Assembly (NCBI GenBank): GCA_016699145.1
Contig: CP064962.1
Coordinates: 360,001-392,000 of the forward strand
Reading direction: 5' to 3'
Length of the DNA: 32,000 bases
Source: Candidatus Saccharimonadota bacterium
GTDB lineage: Bacteria; Patescibacteriota; Gracilibacteria; UBA1369; 2-02-FULL-48-14
Shown here: positions 1 through 6,973 of the stretch, piece by piece
Numbering within the stretch: position 1 is the stretch's first letter
Layout of the letters: each line of letters opens with the position of its first letter
Notes under the pieces: model-generated
Told to the model about the DNA's origin: nothing
Seen by the model: the letters and a program-made list of their open reading frames with translations, nothing else
The model's database searches: none
Translations under genes and position numbers: made by a program

Positions 1-144
1 CACCACCTCCGGTTTTTGGGCTTCCAACTCGGCTTTTACACTGGAGTAATCTTCAATCCGAACTTTAGAAATCACGGCTTCCGGCGCAAAGGCCTCCAAA
101 AAATGCTGCGCAATGTATCCTTGGCCAAAAATAAGAATTTTCAT
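1..144 (-). CDS. NAD(P)-binding Rossmann-fold protein (sugar epimerase/reductase-like), 5' part only, continues past window start
   Basis: Minus-strand ATG at 144-142 opens MKILIFGQGYIAQHFLEAFAPEAVISKVRIEDYSSVKAELEAQKPEVV and is still open at base 1. IFGQGYIA is a GxGxxA/G dinucleotide-binding start. It is absent from the ORF track because no stop lies in the window. Confidence 0.45.
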   Translation of the reverse strand, partial: MKILIFGQGYIAQHFLEAFAPEAVISKVRIEDYSSVKAELEAQKPEVV

Positions 145-156
145 AAGGAAAAAATC

Positions 157-675
157 TCACAGAGAGTCCCAATAGTCAAATTGCAAATAGCTCAAATGCT
201 CTCCAGGAATCAGGGCAAAGTGCAAATGTTTGCGCTCGCCATCGGTTTCTTCGCTATACGCCTCCCCTAAAAACCCCAAGATTTGCCCTGTTTTCACCTC
301 ATCGCCCACAGAAACAGTCAAGGAGGAACGATCCACATGTCCATACAAAGCCAAAAGAGTTTCCCCTTGCAAAGAGTAACGAAGCACCAAAACCCCACCA
401 TAACCCTCCACTTCGCTTGCCGCAAAGACCTCTCCATCGGCAATCGAAAACACCGGCACATCCTCGGACAAATCGCCAGCTTCCACATCCACCCCGGTGT
501 GGTACCCCTTAAAACGCTCCGGTTGCAAGCTTCAAGTAGGTGAAACTTTATCCGAGGATGGAAAGGCAGATCCGTCAAAACCAAATTCAACCCTTCTTGT
601 AAATTTTTCTCCAGCAAATACAACGGGAAATTTATCGATCATCAGAAGAAACCATGGACAAGTCATCGATAGCAT
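157..675 (-). pseudogene. M23 (LytM-type) metallopeptidase split by an in-frame TGA
   Basis: ORF 157..528 has the M23 motifs YHTGVDVE (HxxxD) and HLHFAL (HxH). My own translation shows the same frame open upstream of its TTG: ...MIDKFPVVFAGEKFTRRVEFGFDGSAFPSSDKVSPT-TGA(534-532)-SLQPERFKGYHTGVD. It runs back to ATG 675 or GTG 711, above which TAG/TAA close the frame. Confidence 0.55.
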
Positions 676-835
676 TGACTGTAATGGGATTGGCGTAACA
701 ACAAGATGCACCTACCATTACGGTGAAAATGAAAAGACAGTAGCAACAGACCTGGTGTCGGATTTACTTCTTGCAGCAAATTCAGCATGCGATGCCTTTA
801 GAGCAGTGCAGCAAACGCCGTTCACACCCACTTTT

Positions 836-1381
836 AATGAACCTCCCCGAGCTTACGCTCGGGGTTTCAGCCTAGTTCAAGCTGCGCTTGGCCCGCATCT
901 TCTTCGCCCTGTTGTTGGATATACTTTCGAATGACCTCCTCGTTAATCCCAACTGTGGAGGCAAAGTAACCTGCCGACCAAATACTTCTCGTCCCCCAGT
1001 ACACTTTTCTAAGAAACGGAAACTTTATGTTCAACTCACGAGCTGTGTTGGCTTTTATTATTCTCACCACCTCTCCCCTGCTATTTGTGGAGGTATGGAA
1101 ATTAAAATATGTACATGGTCTAAATCCGTGTTTACCTCTTTCACCACCAGTTCCGGATAGTACTTCGGAATATCCTTCATCACTTCCTGCAGAAAAGCCA
1201 ACACACCTTCGTTGAATATCTTCCGACGGTATTTGGTCGGCCAAACTAAGTGATAGTCACAGATGAAAACTGCGTGTGAGCTTTTTCGTAGCTTCTTCAT
1301 GCCTCCACTTTACACCACCACGAAGATGCGGGCACCCACTACATCCCTCGGGCTTACGCCCGGGGAACTACGTCAGTTGAT
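836..1381 (-). mobile_element. IS200/IS605-family element, tnpA-only, copy 1 (about 545 bp)
   Basis: Identical by eye to 19352..19897 except a 1-nt deletion near 1077. Subterminal hairpins: CCCCGAGC-TTAC-GCTCGGGG (845-864) and CCC(T)CGGGC-TTAC-GCCCGGGG (1345-1365). Homology with copy 2 ends at 836/837 and 1381. Confidence 0.85.
867..1300 (-). pseudogene. tnpA: IS200/IS605 Y1 (HUH) transposase TnpA, frameshifted
   Basis: Track ORFs 1064..1300 and 867..1244 together equal the intact 144-aa protein at 19382..19816 (HVHILI HUH motif, SAGYFASTVG catalytic Tyr region). Copy 1 reads ctcccctgct where copy 2 reads ctcccactgct, which shifts the frame. Confidence 0.85.
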
Positions 1382-1395
1382 TAGATCCATTTGAT

Positions 1396-2178
1396 CTAAT
1401 TTGCTCCTAGTTTACTGCTAGACAGATACTCAATCTTGCCGGTATCTAGATGAAGCGCAAAAGTTGAAAAGTAATCGCTATCCGTACTAGGACCGATATA
1501 ACTCAACGTATCCTCATCTATCCATTGAGCTGAAAAGCCTACGTTATAATAAGGCTCTATTGCTTCAATGTCATAGGGATCCACTGAAACAAAATGGCTA
1601 TCTTGAAAATTTAAAACGTAAATCAGAGTACTGTGTGGAAAAGCCGCAGTAACATTGTCATTGATCGCAGTGATCACCAGTTGATCATAATCAGGACTCC
1701 AATTTCCTATCGAGGCACGCGTCTCCTTTGAAAAAGTGACTAGCGTGCTGACTTCATCTGTATAACGAGAATACAATTTGATAGAGGCCATATCGTGATC
1801 AACTCCTTTCGGTAAACCGTCATGAACTCCATATACGAAAAAATCCTCGTTGACAGATGAAATTTTTTCATTCATATGATAAGAGCCATCGAGAGGATAA
1901 GAACAGTGAACCTCTTCAGGACAAATCATTGGATCTCCATCCTTGTCCAGGAATTGAATAGTACAAGTAGAATCTTCACAAGTATTGGTCACCTTAAAAG
2001 TATTCCCTTCAAAAAGGGTGCTCGTCTGCAAAGGATGCACCAAGGAGTAATCACTCGTAGAAAAAATCTTAATGTCCTTGTCTTGAGCAATTGAATTTCC
2101 ATGAATAGGAGCTTCTTTGGAACAAGAAGCAAAGAGAATGAATATAGCGATAATGAGCAAGGAGTATTTTTGAACCAT
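1396..2178 (-). CDS. hypothetical lipoprotein
   Basis: ORF 1396..2247 trimmed to internal ATG 2178. MVQKYSLLIIAIFILFASC-SKE is a signal peptide plus lipobox. Confidence 0.6.
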   Translation of the reverse strand: MVQKYSLLIIAIFILFASCSKEAPIHGNSIAQDKDIKIFSTSDYSLVHPLQTSTLFEGNTFKVTNTCEDSTCTIQFLDKDGDPMICPEEVHCSYPLDGSYHMNEKISSVNEDFFVYGVHDGLPKGVDHDMASIKLYSRYTDEVSTLVTFSKETRASIGNWSPDYDQLVITAINDNVTAAFPHSTLIYVLNFQDSHFVSVDPYDIEAIEPYYNVGFSAQWIDEDTLSYIGPSTDSDYFSTFALHLDTGKIEYLSSSKLGAN

Positions 2179-2190
2179 TGTTTGTAGTAA

Positions 2191-2217
2191 GGCTACCCAC
2201 TCGGGTCTAGTACCCTT
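2191..2217. repeat. 27-nt intergenic element, copy 1 (most diverged)
   Basis: GGCTacCCACTCGGGTCTAGTACCCTT. It lies 12 nt upstream of the lipoprotein ATG (2178) and contains the TAG stop (2209-2207) of the preceding gene. Confidence 0.7.
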
Positions 2218-2482
2218 GAATGAAGGCCATGAATAGGTAGTAAGCAACAGTAAAAAAACTCAACTTTGCAAACTCTACAAAAAGAGCAATTAAGAATAAA
2301 AAGGGTTTAAACCCCTTGAAACTTCCCCAGTAGTCTTGCTCGTCTAATTGCTCATGAAAAGCATTTAAATAGGTATCCTTATAAGCTAACCAAACATAAT
2401 AGCCGGGGATGATTGGCGCTACAAATGCCATACTTTTATAAAACATAGGATGTTTATAGCTTATTTTTTGAAGATAAGTCAT
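2207..2482 (-). CDS. small hydrophobic membrane protein, hypothetical
   Basis: 91-aa ORF with hydrophobic helices (FVAPIIPGYYVWLAY, FLFLIALFVEFAKLSFFTVAYYLFMAF). It is bounded by repeat copies 1 and 2. Confidence 0.45.
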   Translation of the reverse strand: MTYLQKISYKHPMFYKSMAFVAPIIPGYYVWLAYKDTYLNAFHEQLDEQDYWGSFKGFKPFLFLIALFVEFAKLSFFTVAYYLFMAFIQGY

Positions 2483-2516
2483 GAGAATCAGGCGCCCAAA
2501 TTGGAAGGGTTACAAC

Positions 2517-2543
2517 TGGCTGGCTAAGCGGATCTAGTACTCT
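2517..2543. repeat. 27-nt intergenic element, copy 2
   Basis: TGGCTGGCTAAGCGGATCTAGTACTCT. It lies 34 nt upstream of ATG 2482 and abuts the stop (2544-2542) of the preceding gene. Confidence 0.75.
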
Positions 2544-2877
2544 AAGCCTTTTTCCGTAAAAAACTAATAAACAAACCGATAAAATAACCAAATACAAAAT
2601 GCTGGAAACTACCGAGCAGAGCAAGCACCATCAAATCTGTTGTCATGGACGCTCCTGCTAAAAAAGGGAGCGGAACGGATGTCATAATCAAACTGGCGGG
2701 CAAGTACCAAAATACCGGGAGAAAAGTCAGGCCATCCGCTGCATTTTCAGGAGAAATGAGGCTGCCCAAAAGCAATACAACCCAAAAGACCAAATCAAGA
2801 CTTAAAAATATTATTCCTAATCGGAAAGGAAGTTTTTTCATAATTTTTATTAACATCTCCCAGAGATAGTACCACAA
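2542..2877 (-). CDS. small polytopic membrane protein, hypothetical
   Basis: 111-aa ORF, largely hydrophobic. Alternative starts at M8 and M13 (MKKLPFRLGIIFLSL...). Confidence 0.45.
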   Translation of the reverse strand: MWYYLWEMLIKIMKKLPFRLGIIFLSLDLVFWVVLLLGSLISPENAADGLTFLPVFWYLPASLIMTSVPLPFLAGASMTTDLMVLALLGSFQHFVFGYFIGLFISFLRKKA

Positions 2878-2929
2878 TCGCTTCCTTCTCCCTAGGAAAG
2901 TGAGTCATAGGCTTTCAAACTGCCCGAAC

Positions 2930-2956
2930 TGGCTGGCCACTCGGGTCTAGTACTTT
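2930..2956. repeat. 27-nt intergenic element, copy 3
   Basis: TGGCTGGCCACTCGGGTCTAGTACTTT, between genes 2997..3461 and 2542..2877. Confidence 0.75.
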
Positions 2957-2996
2957 TTAAGCTATTTGATTACATCATTTACAGTTAATCAATGAC

Positions 2997-3461
2997 CTAA
3001 GACTTAGTATAATAAATTAATTGTGCCGGTTGATCATTGAAAACTTCATCTACAGGTAGCTCTAAAATAGGAGAACCTATTTCAGCACCCAATCTTGATT
3101 TTACAAAAATATTCCCTTCTATTTTACTTACTAATCCGGCATGTAGAATTTTAGGCCTGCCATTGGGATTGCACCAAACTGCAATATCTCCAATTTTAGG
3201 ATCTTTAGTTATTTTATAATCTCTATCAATCACAGCCTCCAGATCATGTGACCAAGCAAAGTATGCTTTATTACGTGCACCAATCCAAAACAGTACAGTC
3301 CCTCTACAATTTGGCGTACTAGTTTCTTCATCCAAGGCAGCTAATGCTAACTCAAATCTCCTTGTGAAGTCTGCAGTCGTAGTCACCTCATTTGGTCCAA
3401 TATCACCAAGAGTATCGTCACCCACATTATCCTGATAATATTCCGCAACTCTGCTTCTCAT
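2997..3461 (-). CDS. hypothetical protein, weak NlpC/P60-like (papain-fold hydrolase) features
   Basis: 154-aa ORF. NCRGTV (compare DCSG) followed about 55 aa later by GDIAVW...ILHAGLV (compare GDLVFF...HVGIY). Motif-level resemblance only. Confidence 0.45.
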   Translation of the reverse strand: MRSRVAEYYQDNVGDDTLGDIGPNEVTTTADFTRRFELALAALDEETSTPNCRGTVLFWIGARNKAYFAWSHDLEAVIDRDYKITKDPKIGDIAVWCNPNGRPKILHAGLVSKIEGNIFVKSRLGAEIGSPILELPVDEVFNDQPAQLIYYTKS

Positions 3462-3603
3462 AAGCTTTAAATATTTATCGCATAATTATAACATATTACT
3501 TCGACAATAAATAGAGGCCTTGTTTATAACACAAACAACATTATTTGAGGTTTTTGACTTAACTTCTCGGACTATATGTGTCCACTTTTGGGGTACAGAT
3601 CAT

Positions 3604-3630
3604 TGGCTGGCTAGTCGGGTCTAGTACCCT
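3604..3630. repeat. 27-nt intergenic element, copy 4
   Basis: TGGCTGGCTAGTCGGGTCTAGTACCCT, in the divergent gap between 2997..3461(-) and 3660..4457(+). Confidence 0.75.
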
Positions 3631-3647
3631 TAGACCTGTTTCCATGG

Positions 3648-3653
3648 TATAAT
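3648..3653 (+). promoter_or_regulatory. extended -10 (TGgTATAAT) placed for a leaderless transcript
   Basis: catgGTATAATctactgATG: TATAAT at 3648-3653, then 6 nt, then ATG 3660. No room for a Shine-Dalgarno sequence. Confidence 0.4.
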
Positions 3654-3659
3654 CTACTG

Positions 3660-4457
3660 ATGGAAAGAGAAATAGAAAATTTAGATCTCAGCAAAATACC
3701 ATACAAAGTTGAGGTGGTAGCGCCACATCTGCAAAAGCCAGGACTTAAATTCTCTTTACAGACCACTCCAGGTGTAACAGTTCTAGACTTATTAAGAGAA
3801 GGGATATTAAATACGGAGATCTTTGAAAGATTTGGCTTCGTTGTAATCGAAGATTATAAGATTAATGTTGAAGTGGAGGAAGAAGAAAAACCACCTATAG
3901 CCTTCGGTGAACTAGGGGATGCCTACAAATGCGACGAACAGGGACTTCACCAAGACAATGTCCCCGTAAGTATTAAAGAGAAGCCTTTGATCACGCTAAG
4001 AAGTGCTGACCGGGGAAGAATATCGGATACTATTGTGGCGGTTCCCAACCAAGAACTAATAAAAGCAATGGTTGATTTCATCAATAAGCTTGGCCCAGAT
4101 GAAATTAAAGAACTATCACCAGACCCTTTGAATATAGAGAGCTTCAGGAATTTGATAAAAGATGCTGGAATAGAGCTAAAGCCTCGCGACTTGAGCGAAC
4201 TAATCGTTAAGTTATTGCCTTTTAGAACCTATACAAGCTATGGAAATCCAGAACTGTACCGTGCCTTGAATCGAGCTATAGAAGCCCTCTTATATCGACA
4301 TAAATGGAAATCACATCAACTTCTAATTATAGACAATCAAGCCATGGTACATGCAAGAAGTTTACCTCCAGAGCTTGATACCAGTGAAATTACTGAAAAA
4401 TCTTATCTATTACGAAGGATAGTTACCTTGGAAGAAGGAAGAGGATTTAGACTTTAG
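3660..4457 (+). CDS. hypothetical protein, possible TauD/clavaminate-synthase-like Fe(II)/2OG oxygenase
   Basis: 265-aa ORF. GLHQDN (HxD) and LLIIDNQAMVHAR near the C-terminus resemble the facial triad and distal His/Arg of this fold. Weak, motif-level only. Confidence 0.5.
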   Translation: MEREIENLDLSKIPYKVEVVAPHLQKPGLKFSLQTTPGVTVLDLLREGILNTEIFERFGFVVIEDYKINVEVEEEEKPPIAFGELGDAYKCDEQGLHQDNVPVSIKEKPLITLRSADRGRISDTIVAVPNQELIKAMVDFINKLGPDEIKELSPDPLNIESFRNLIKDAGIELKPRDLSELIVKLLPFRTYTSYGNPELYRALNRAIEALLYRHKWKSHQLLIIDNQAMVHARSLPPELDTSEITEKSYLLRRIVTLEEGRGFRL

Positions 4458-4464
4458 AACAAAA

Positions 4465-4539
4465 TGGCTGGGGTGGAGGGATTCGAACCCCCGAGTGATG
4501 GATTCAGAGTCCATTGCCTTACCACTTGGCGACACCCCA
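4465..4539 (-). tRNA. tRNA-Gln (anticodon CTG), CCA encoded
   Basis: Folded by hand from the reverse complement. Acceptor TGGGGTG/CACCCCA, D arm GCC-AAGTGGTAA-GGC, anticodon stem ATGGA/TCCAT with loop CTCTGAA (CTG), T arm GGGGG-TTCGAAT-CCCTC, then G-CCA. Confidence 0.9.
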
Positions 4540-4599
4540 TCGGTTTCGATGGGTCGCCCCATCAAAGCCTGGGAAGAATACAAAAGTCAGATCAGAAGA

Positions 4600-5472
4600 T
4601 CAAGGGCGGGAACCTGCCCAACGAACAGAATAGTGAAGAAGCTTATCAAAAGAGTCTCCACACCGTGTTGATTTCACCCGCTGAGTAATGATGACTTGTT
4701 CCGACAGAGCTCTTATCACTCCTAAGGAAGTAGCAGCCCATAGTACTCGCGCGCTACATTCACCAGACTGATCCTTATTGAACTCAATAGGCTGAAGATC
4801 CGTCACAGAAAGAGTGATTCCTCTCCTGGGATAATAAGGCTCAGTAGAGATTCTCCAACTCCCAACCAACCAACCCTCTAAATGACTGCCATAGTTCCAA
4901 GGGCCAGAGTTATGGATATCTGCATGAAAAAAGACCTCACGAGCAGGTGGAGCTTGACCTAGCAAACAAGATCGGACAGCCTCGACACCTAAAACAGAGG
5001 GTATTAAACGCATATCATCATAAAGAGACGATGCAGGCAAGGTCAGTGTAGATGCTCTCGCAGGAGAGGGGTCGAATTTACGAGGACCATATACCCATCT
5101 GTCGACGTCGGGACAAAGTTCCAAACAAGGAGATGATGATAAGGTGCAGTGCAAATTAGTGATATCCTCCTCTACCTGCCCATCATGACGTGGGTCACAT
5201 AATTCGGATGCATACCTTAGTCCTCTCAAGATACCCTGCCTATAGATCCGCAATTTAGGAACTGTAATATTCTCTAAGGGCAATTGAAACGTTTGACCAG
5301 TCCGAAGATCGGAATAAGTCAAAGAAGCAGCCTCCTCTGGAATATCCCCTGCTTGTTGATGAGGAAATCGGTTCTGATCCCATCTGCCTATCTCTTGATC
5401 TTTTGCATCGAGAATCAAACCTGCTTTTAAAGACATAAAACAAAAAAATAAGCCAACATCGTATCCCTCCAT
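4600..5472 (-). CDS. hypothetical protein (no recognisable motif)
   Basis: 290-aa uninterrupted ORF starting 25 nt after the gmk stop. An internal start at MSLKAG is possible. The length argues for coding, but I recognised no family. Confidence 0.5.
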   Translation of the reverse strand: MEGYDVGLFFCFMSLKAGLILDAKDQEIGRWDQNRFPHQQAGDIPEEAASLTYSDLRTGQTFQLPLENITVPKLRIYRQGILRGLRYASELCDPRHDGQVEEDITNLHCTLSSSPCLELCPDVDRWVYGPRKFDPSPARASTLTLPASSLYDDMRLIPSVLGVEAVRSCLLGQAPPAREVFFHADIHNSGPWNYGSHLEGWLVGSWRISTEPYYPRRGITLSVTDLQPIEFNKDQSGECSARVLWAATSLGVIRALSEQVIITQRVKSTRCGDSFDKLLHYSVRWAGSRP

Positions 5473-5494
5473 TGTGGGAAGTCAAGCGCTTAGA

Positions 5495-6085
5495 TCACTG
5501 CAACTGAGCCTCAATGGCCTGTTCCGTGTCTGCGACAAGCTTTTCAATTTCCCCCTCAATGCTCACAATCACCACGTCACATTCGTTCTGCCATTCCATC
5601 TCTTTCATAAAACTTTGACGGCGTCGCTCCAATTCCTCGGCAGGCAAAGTGCTGCGTTTTAAAATGCGATGTTGAAGCGTCTCCCATCCATCCACCGTCA
5701 AAAAAATGGACCGTAAATGGCTGGCTGGAATCAGATCACGAATGGAACGGAGCCCTTGAACATCCACCTCACGAATCACAGTTCGCCCCTCTCGAAGAGG
5801 CTGCAAAATGGCCTCTTTCAAAGTGCCATAATAATTTTCACCATGCACCACCGCCCACTCCAAAAACTCTTCCCGCTGCATACGAGCCTGAAAATCCTCC
5901 TTGCTGACAAAATGATACACTTCACCCCCTCTTTCACCCGGTCGCGGATCACGCGTGGTGCACGAAACCGGAAACGCAAATTCCGGATGACGCTCACGAA
6001 GTGCCTTAAGCACCGTCCCCTTTCCAGAACCAGATGGTCCCAGAATAAGAATCAACTTTCCAGCCCCTTGTACTAATTCTTCCAC
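5495..6085 (-). CDS. gmk: guanylate kinase
   Basis: P-loop GPSGSGKGT, then FPVSCTTRDPRPGERGGEVYHFVSKEDF and EWAVVHGENYYGT. GTG start at 6085. Confidence 0.9.
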   Translation of the reverse strand: MEELVQGAGKLILILGPSGSGKGTVLKALRERHPEFAFPVSCTTRDPRPGERGGEVYHFVSKEDFQARMQREEFLEWAVVHGENYYGTLKEAILQPLREGRTVIREVDVQGLRSIRDLIPASHLRSIFLTVDGWETLQHRILKRSTLPAEELERRRQSFMKEMEWQNECDVVIVSIEGEIEKLVADTEQAIEAQLQ

Positions 6086-6091
6086 TATGGT

Positions 6092-6097
6092 ATACTA
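6092..6097 (-). promoter_or_regulatory. -10-like hexamer TAGTAT 6 nt upstream of the gmk GTG
   Basis: The minus strand reads TAGTAT-accata-GTG. The spacing matches the elements at 3648 and 14791. Confidence 0.3.
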
Positions 6098-6129
6098 TTA
6101 AGATTTTTCTGACGCAATTTACAGGAAAA

Positions 6130-6480
6130 TCGCAGAAAGAGAAAGGGACTTAAGAAGAATTCTAAGCCTCAAAGTCTCCCTCCCTCTCTGCTCGAACGCT
6201 TTCGGGACACGACTGCGTTCACCCTAAAAAGATTTCCAACGCCGCGCGTAAAAACGCATCTATAAGGGAGTCAACCCGATCACTCGGGAAAAACAAAAAT
6301 AAAAAAGCAGACGAGGATGCTCTAACGAATAGACTCCTCTCCCTGATCGCTCGGACCACTCCAAACGATCACCCGGAGACGTAGAAGACTATCCACTAGA
6401 GCTTACGCAAGAGACCGGTGCTCCCACCTCTGCACTCGCCACTATGGCACTCGCATGTGAACACGGAACCGGTCTTTTGA
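6130..6480 (-). ncRNA. unassigned candidate structured RNA in a 435-bp non-coding gap
   Basis: No ORF in the track. GC is richer than the surroundings. On the minus strand: an 8-bp long-range pair AGACCGGT(6474-6467)/ACCGGTCT(6419-6412), a GNRA hairpin CCCGA-GUGA-UCGGG (6275-6288), GAACGC/GCGTTC (6195-6221), a purine/pyrimidine hairpin (about 6138-6190), and a stem plus U-run near 6296-6345. Confidence 0.2.
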
Positions 6481-6486
6481 TGTCCG

Positions 6487-6511
6487 AAAAAGGCGCTTCG
6501 CCCTTAGCGCC
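6487..6511 (-). terminator. possible weak intrinsic terminator after the PPIase gene
   Basis: Minus strand GGCGC-taagggcgaa-GCGCC followed by TTTTT. The GC stem is short. Confidence 0.35.
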
Positions 6512-6520
6512 CACGGCCGC

Positions 6521-6955
6521 TTACTTGATTTCTAAAAGTTCCACTTCAAAAATCAAAGCAGCTCCTCCTGGAATGGCTCCAGGAACGCCGTAGTCGCCGT
6601 ACCCCATATCAGAAGGGATGGTGAGTTTGCGAGTGCCGCCCACCTTCATGCCAAGCATACCTTCGTCCCAACCTTGAATCACATAACCCTGGCCAAGCTG
6701 AAACTCAAATGGTTCGCCACGGTCTTTGGAGCTGTCGAATTTACTGCCGTCCTCGAGGGTTCCCGTGTAGTGCACCACGAGGGTGTTCCCTTTTTTAGCC
6801 GCTTCACCGGTGCCTTCGATGAGATCTTCAATTTTGAGTTCAGTAGTCATGGTTTCTTCGGAAGTATTAGGGGATGAATCGGTCGTGGGAGCCTGAGCCG
6901 TGCCGCACGCAGTGAGTAAAAAAAGCGCGAGTAAGAGTGGAGCGAATCCTTTCAT
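6521..6955 (-). CDS. FKBP-type peptidyl-prolyl cis-trans isomerase, lipoprotein
   Basis: Lipobox LLTAC-GT. FKBP core [60 protein letters not shown]. Confidence 0.85.
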   Translation of the reverse strand: MKGFAPLLLALFLLTACGTAQAPTTDSSPNTSEETMTTELKIEDLIEGTGEAAKKGNTLVVHYTGTLEDGSKFDSSKDRGEPFEFQLGQGYVIQGWDEGMLGMKVGGTRKLTIPSDMGYGDYGVPGAIPGGAALIFEVELLEIK

Positions 6956-6973
6956 GGCGTGAAAGATTTAAGA

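Noticed and set aside
16-270. 84-aa plus-strand ORF at the window start
   Set aside because: It overlaps the minus-strand Rossmann-fold gene start (1-144) and the M23 3' end, both of which have recognisable motifs.
532-534. In-frame TGA in the M23 gene as evidence for genetic code 25 or 4 (UGA read as Gly or Trp)
   Set aside because: Long uninterrupted standard-code ORFs dominate the window (518, 460 and 706+ aa). Confident genes also end on TGA, such as the ATP-grasp gene at 14751-14753 and the transposase at 17093-17095. A single TGA is better explained by a nonsense mutation.
497-934. 145-aa plus-strand ORF spanning the M23 upstream region and the IS200-like end
   Set aside because: It runs antisense to the M23 reading frame and straight through the IS hairpin and boundary at 836-864. 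No motif was recognised, so it is most likely spurious.
2191-3630. Reading the 27-nt repeats as integron attC sites
   Set aside because: The copies are only about 27 nt and are not imperfect palindromes. I found no consistent R''/L''-L'/R' (RYYYAAC...GTTRRRY) pairing. No intI-type tyrosine recombinase or attI is adjacent: the divergent gene at 3660-4457 looks like an oxygenase. I kept this as a cassette-like array of unknown mechanism.
4464-4688. 74-aa plus-strand ORF
   Set aside because: Its first 25 codons are the antisense of tRNA-Gln (4465-4539).
6130-6480. Calling the non-coding gap RNase P RNA
   Set aside because: Only loose matches are present (GAGGAGUCU, AGGGUGAA, GGCUUA). The invariant GAGGAAAGUCC and ACAGAA elements are absent. 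The spacing between the putative CR-II and CR-V (about 50 nt) is far too short. No tmRNA end (TTCGA...CCACCA), SRP motif (GGAA...AGCAGCC) or 6S-like architecture was seen either.
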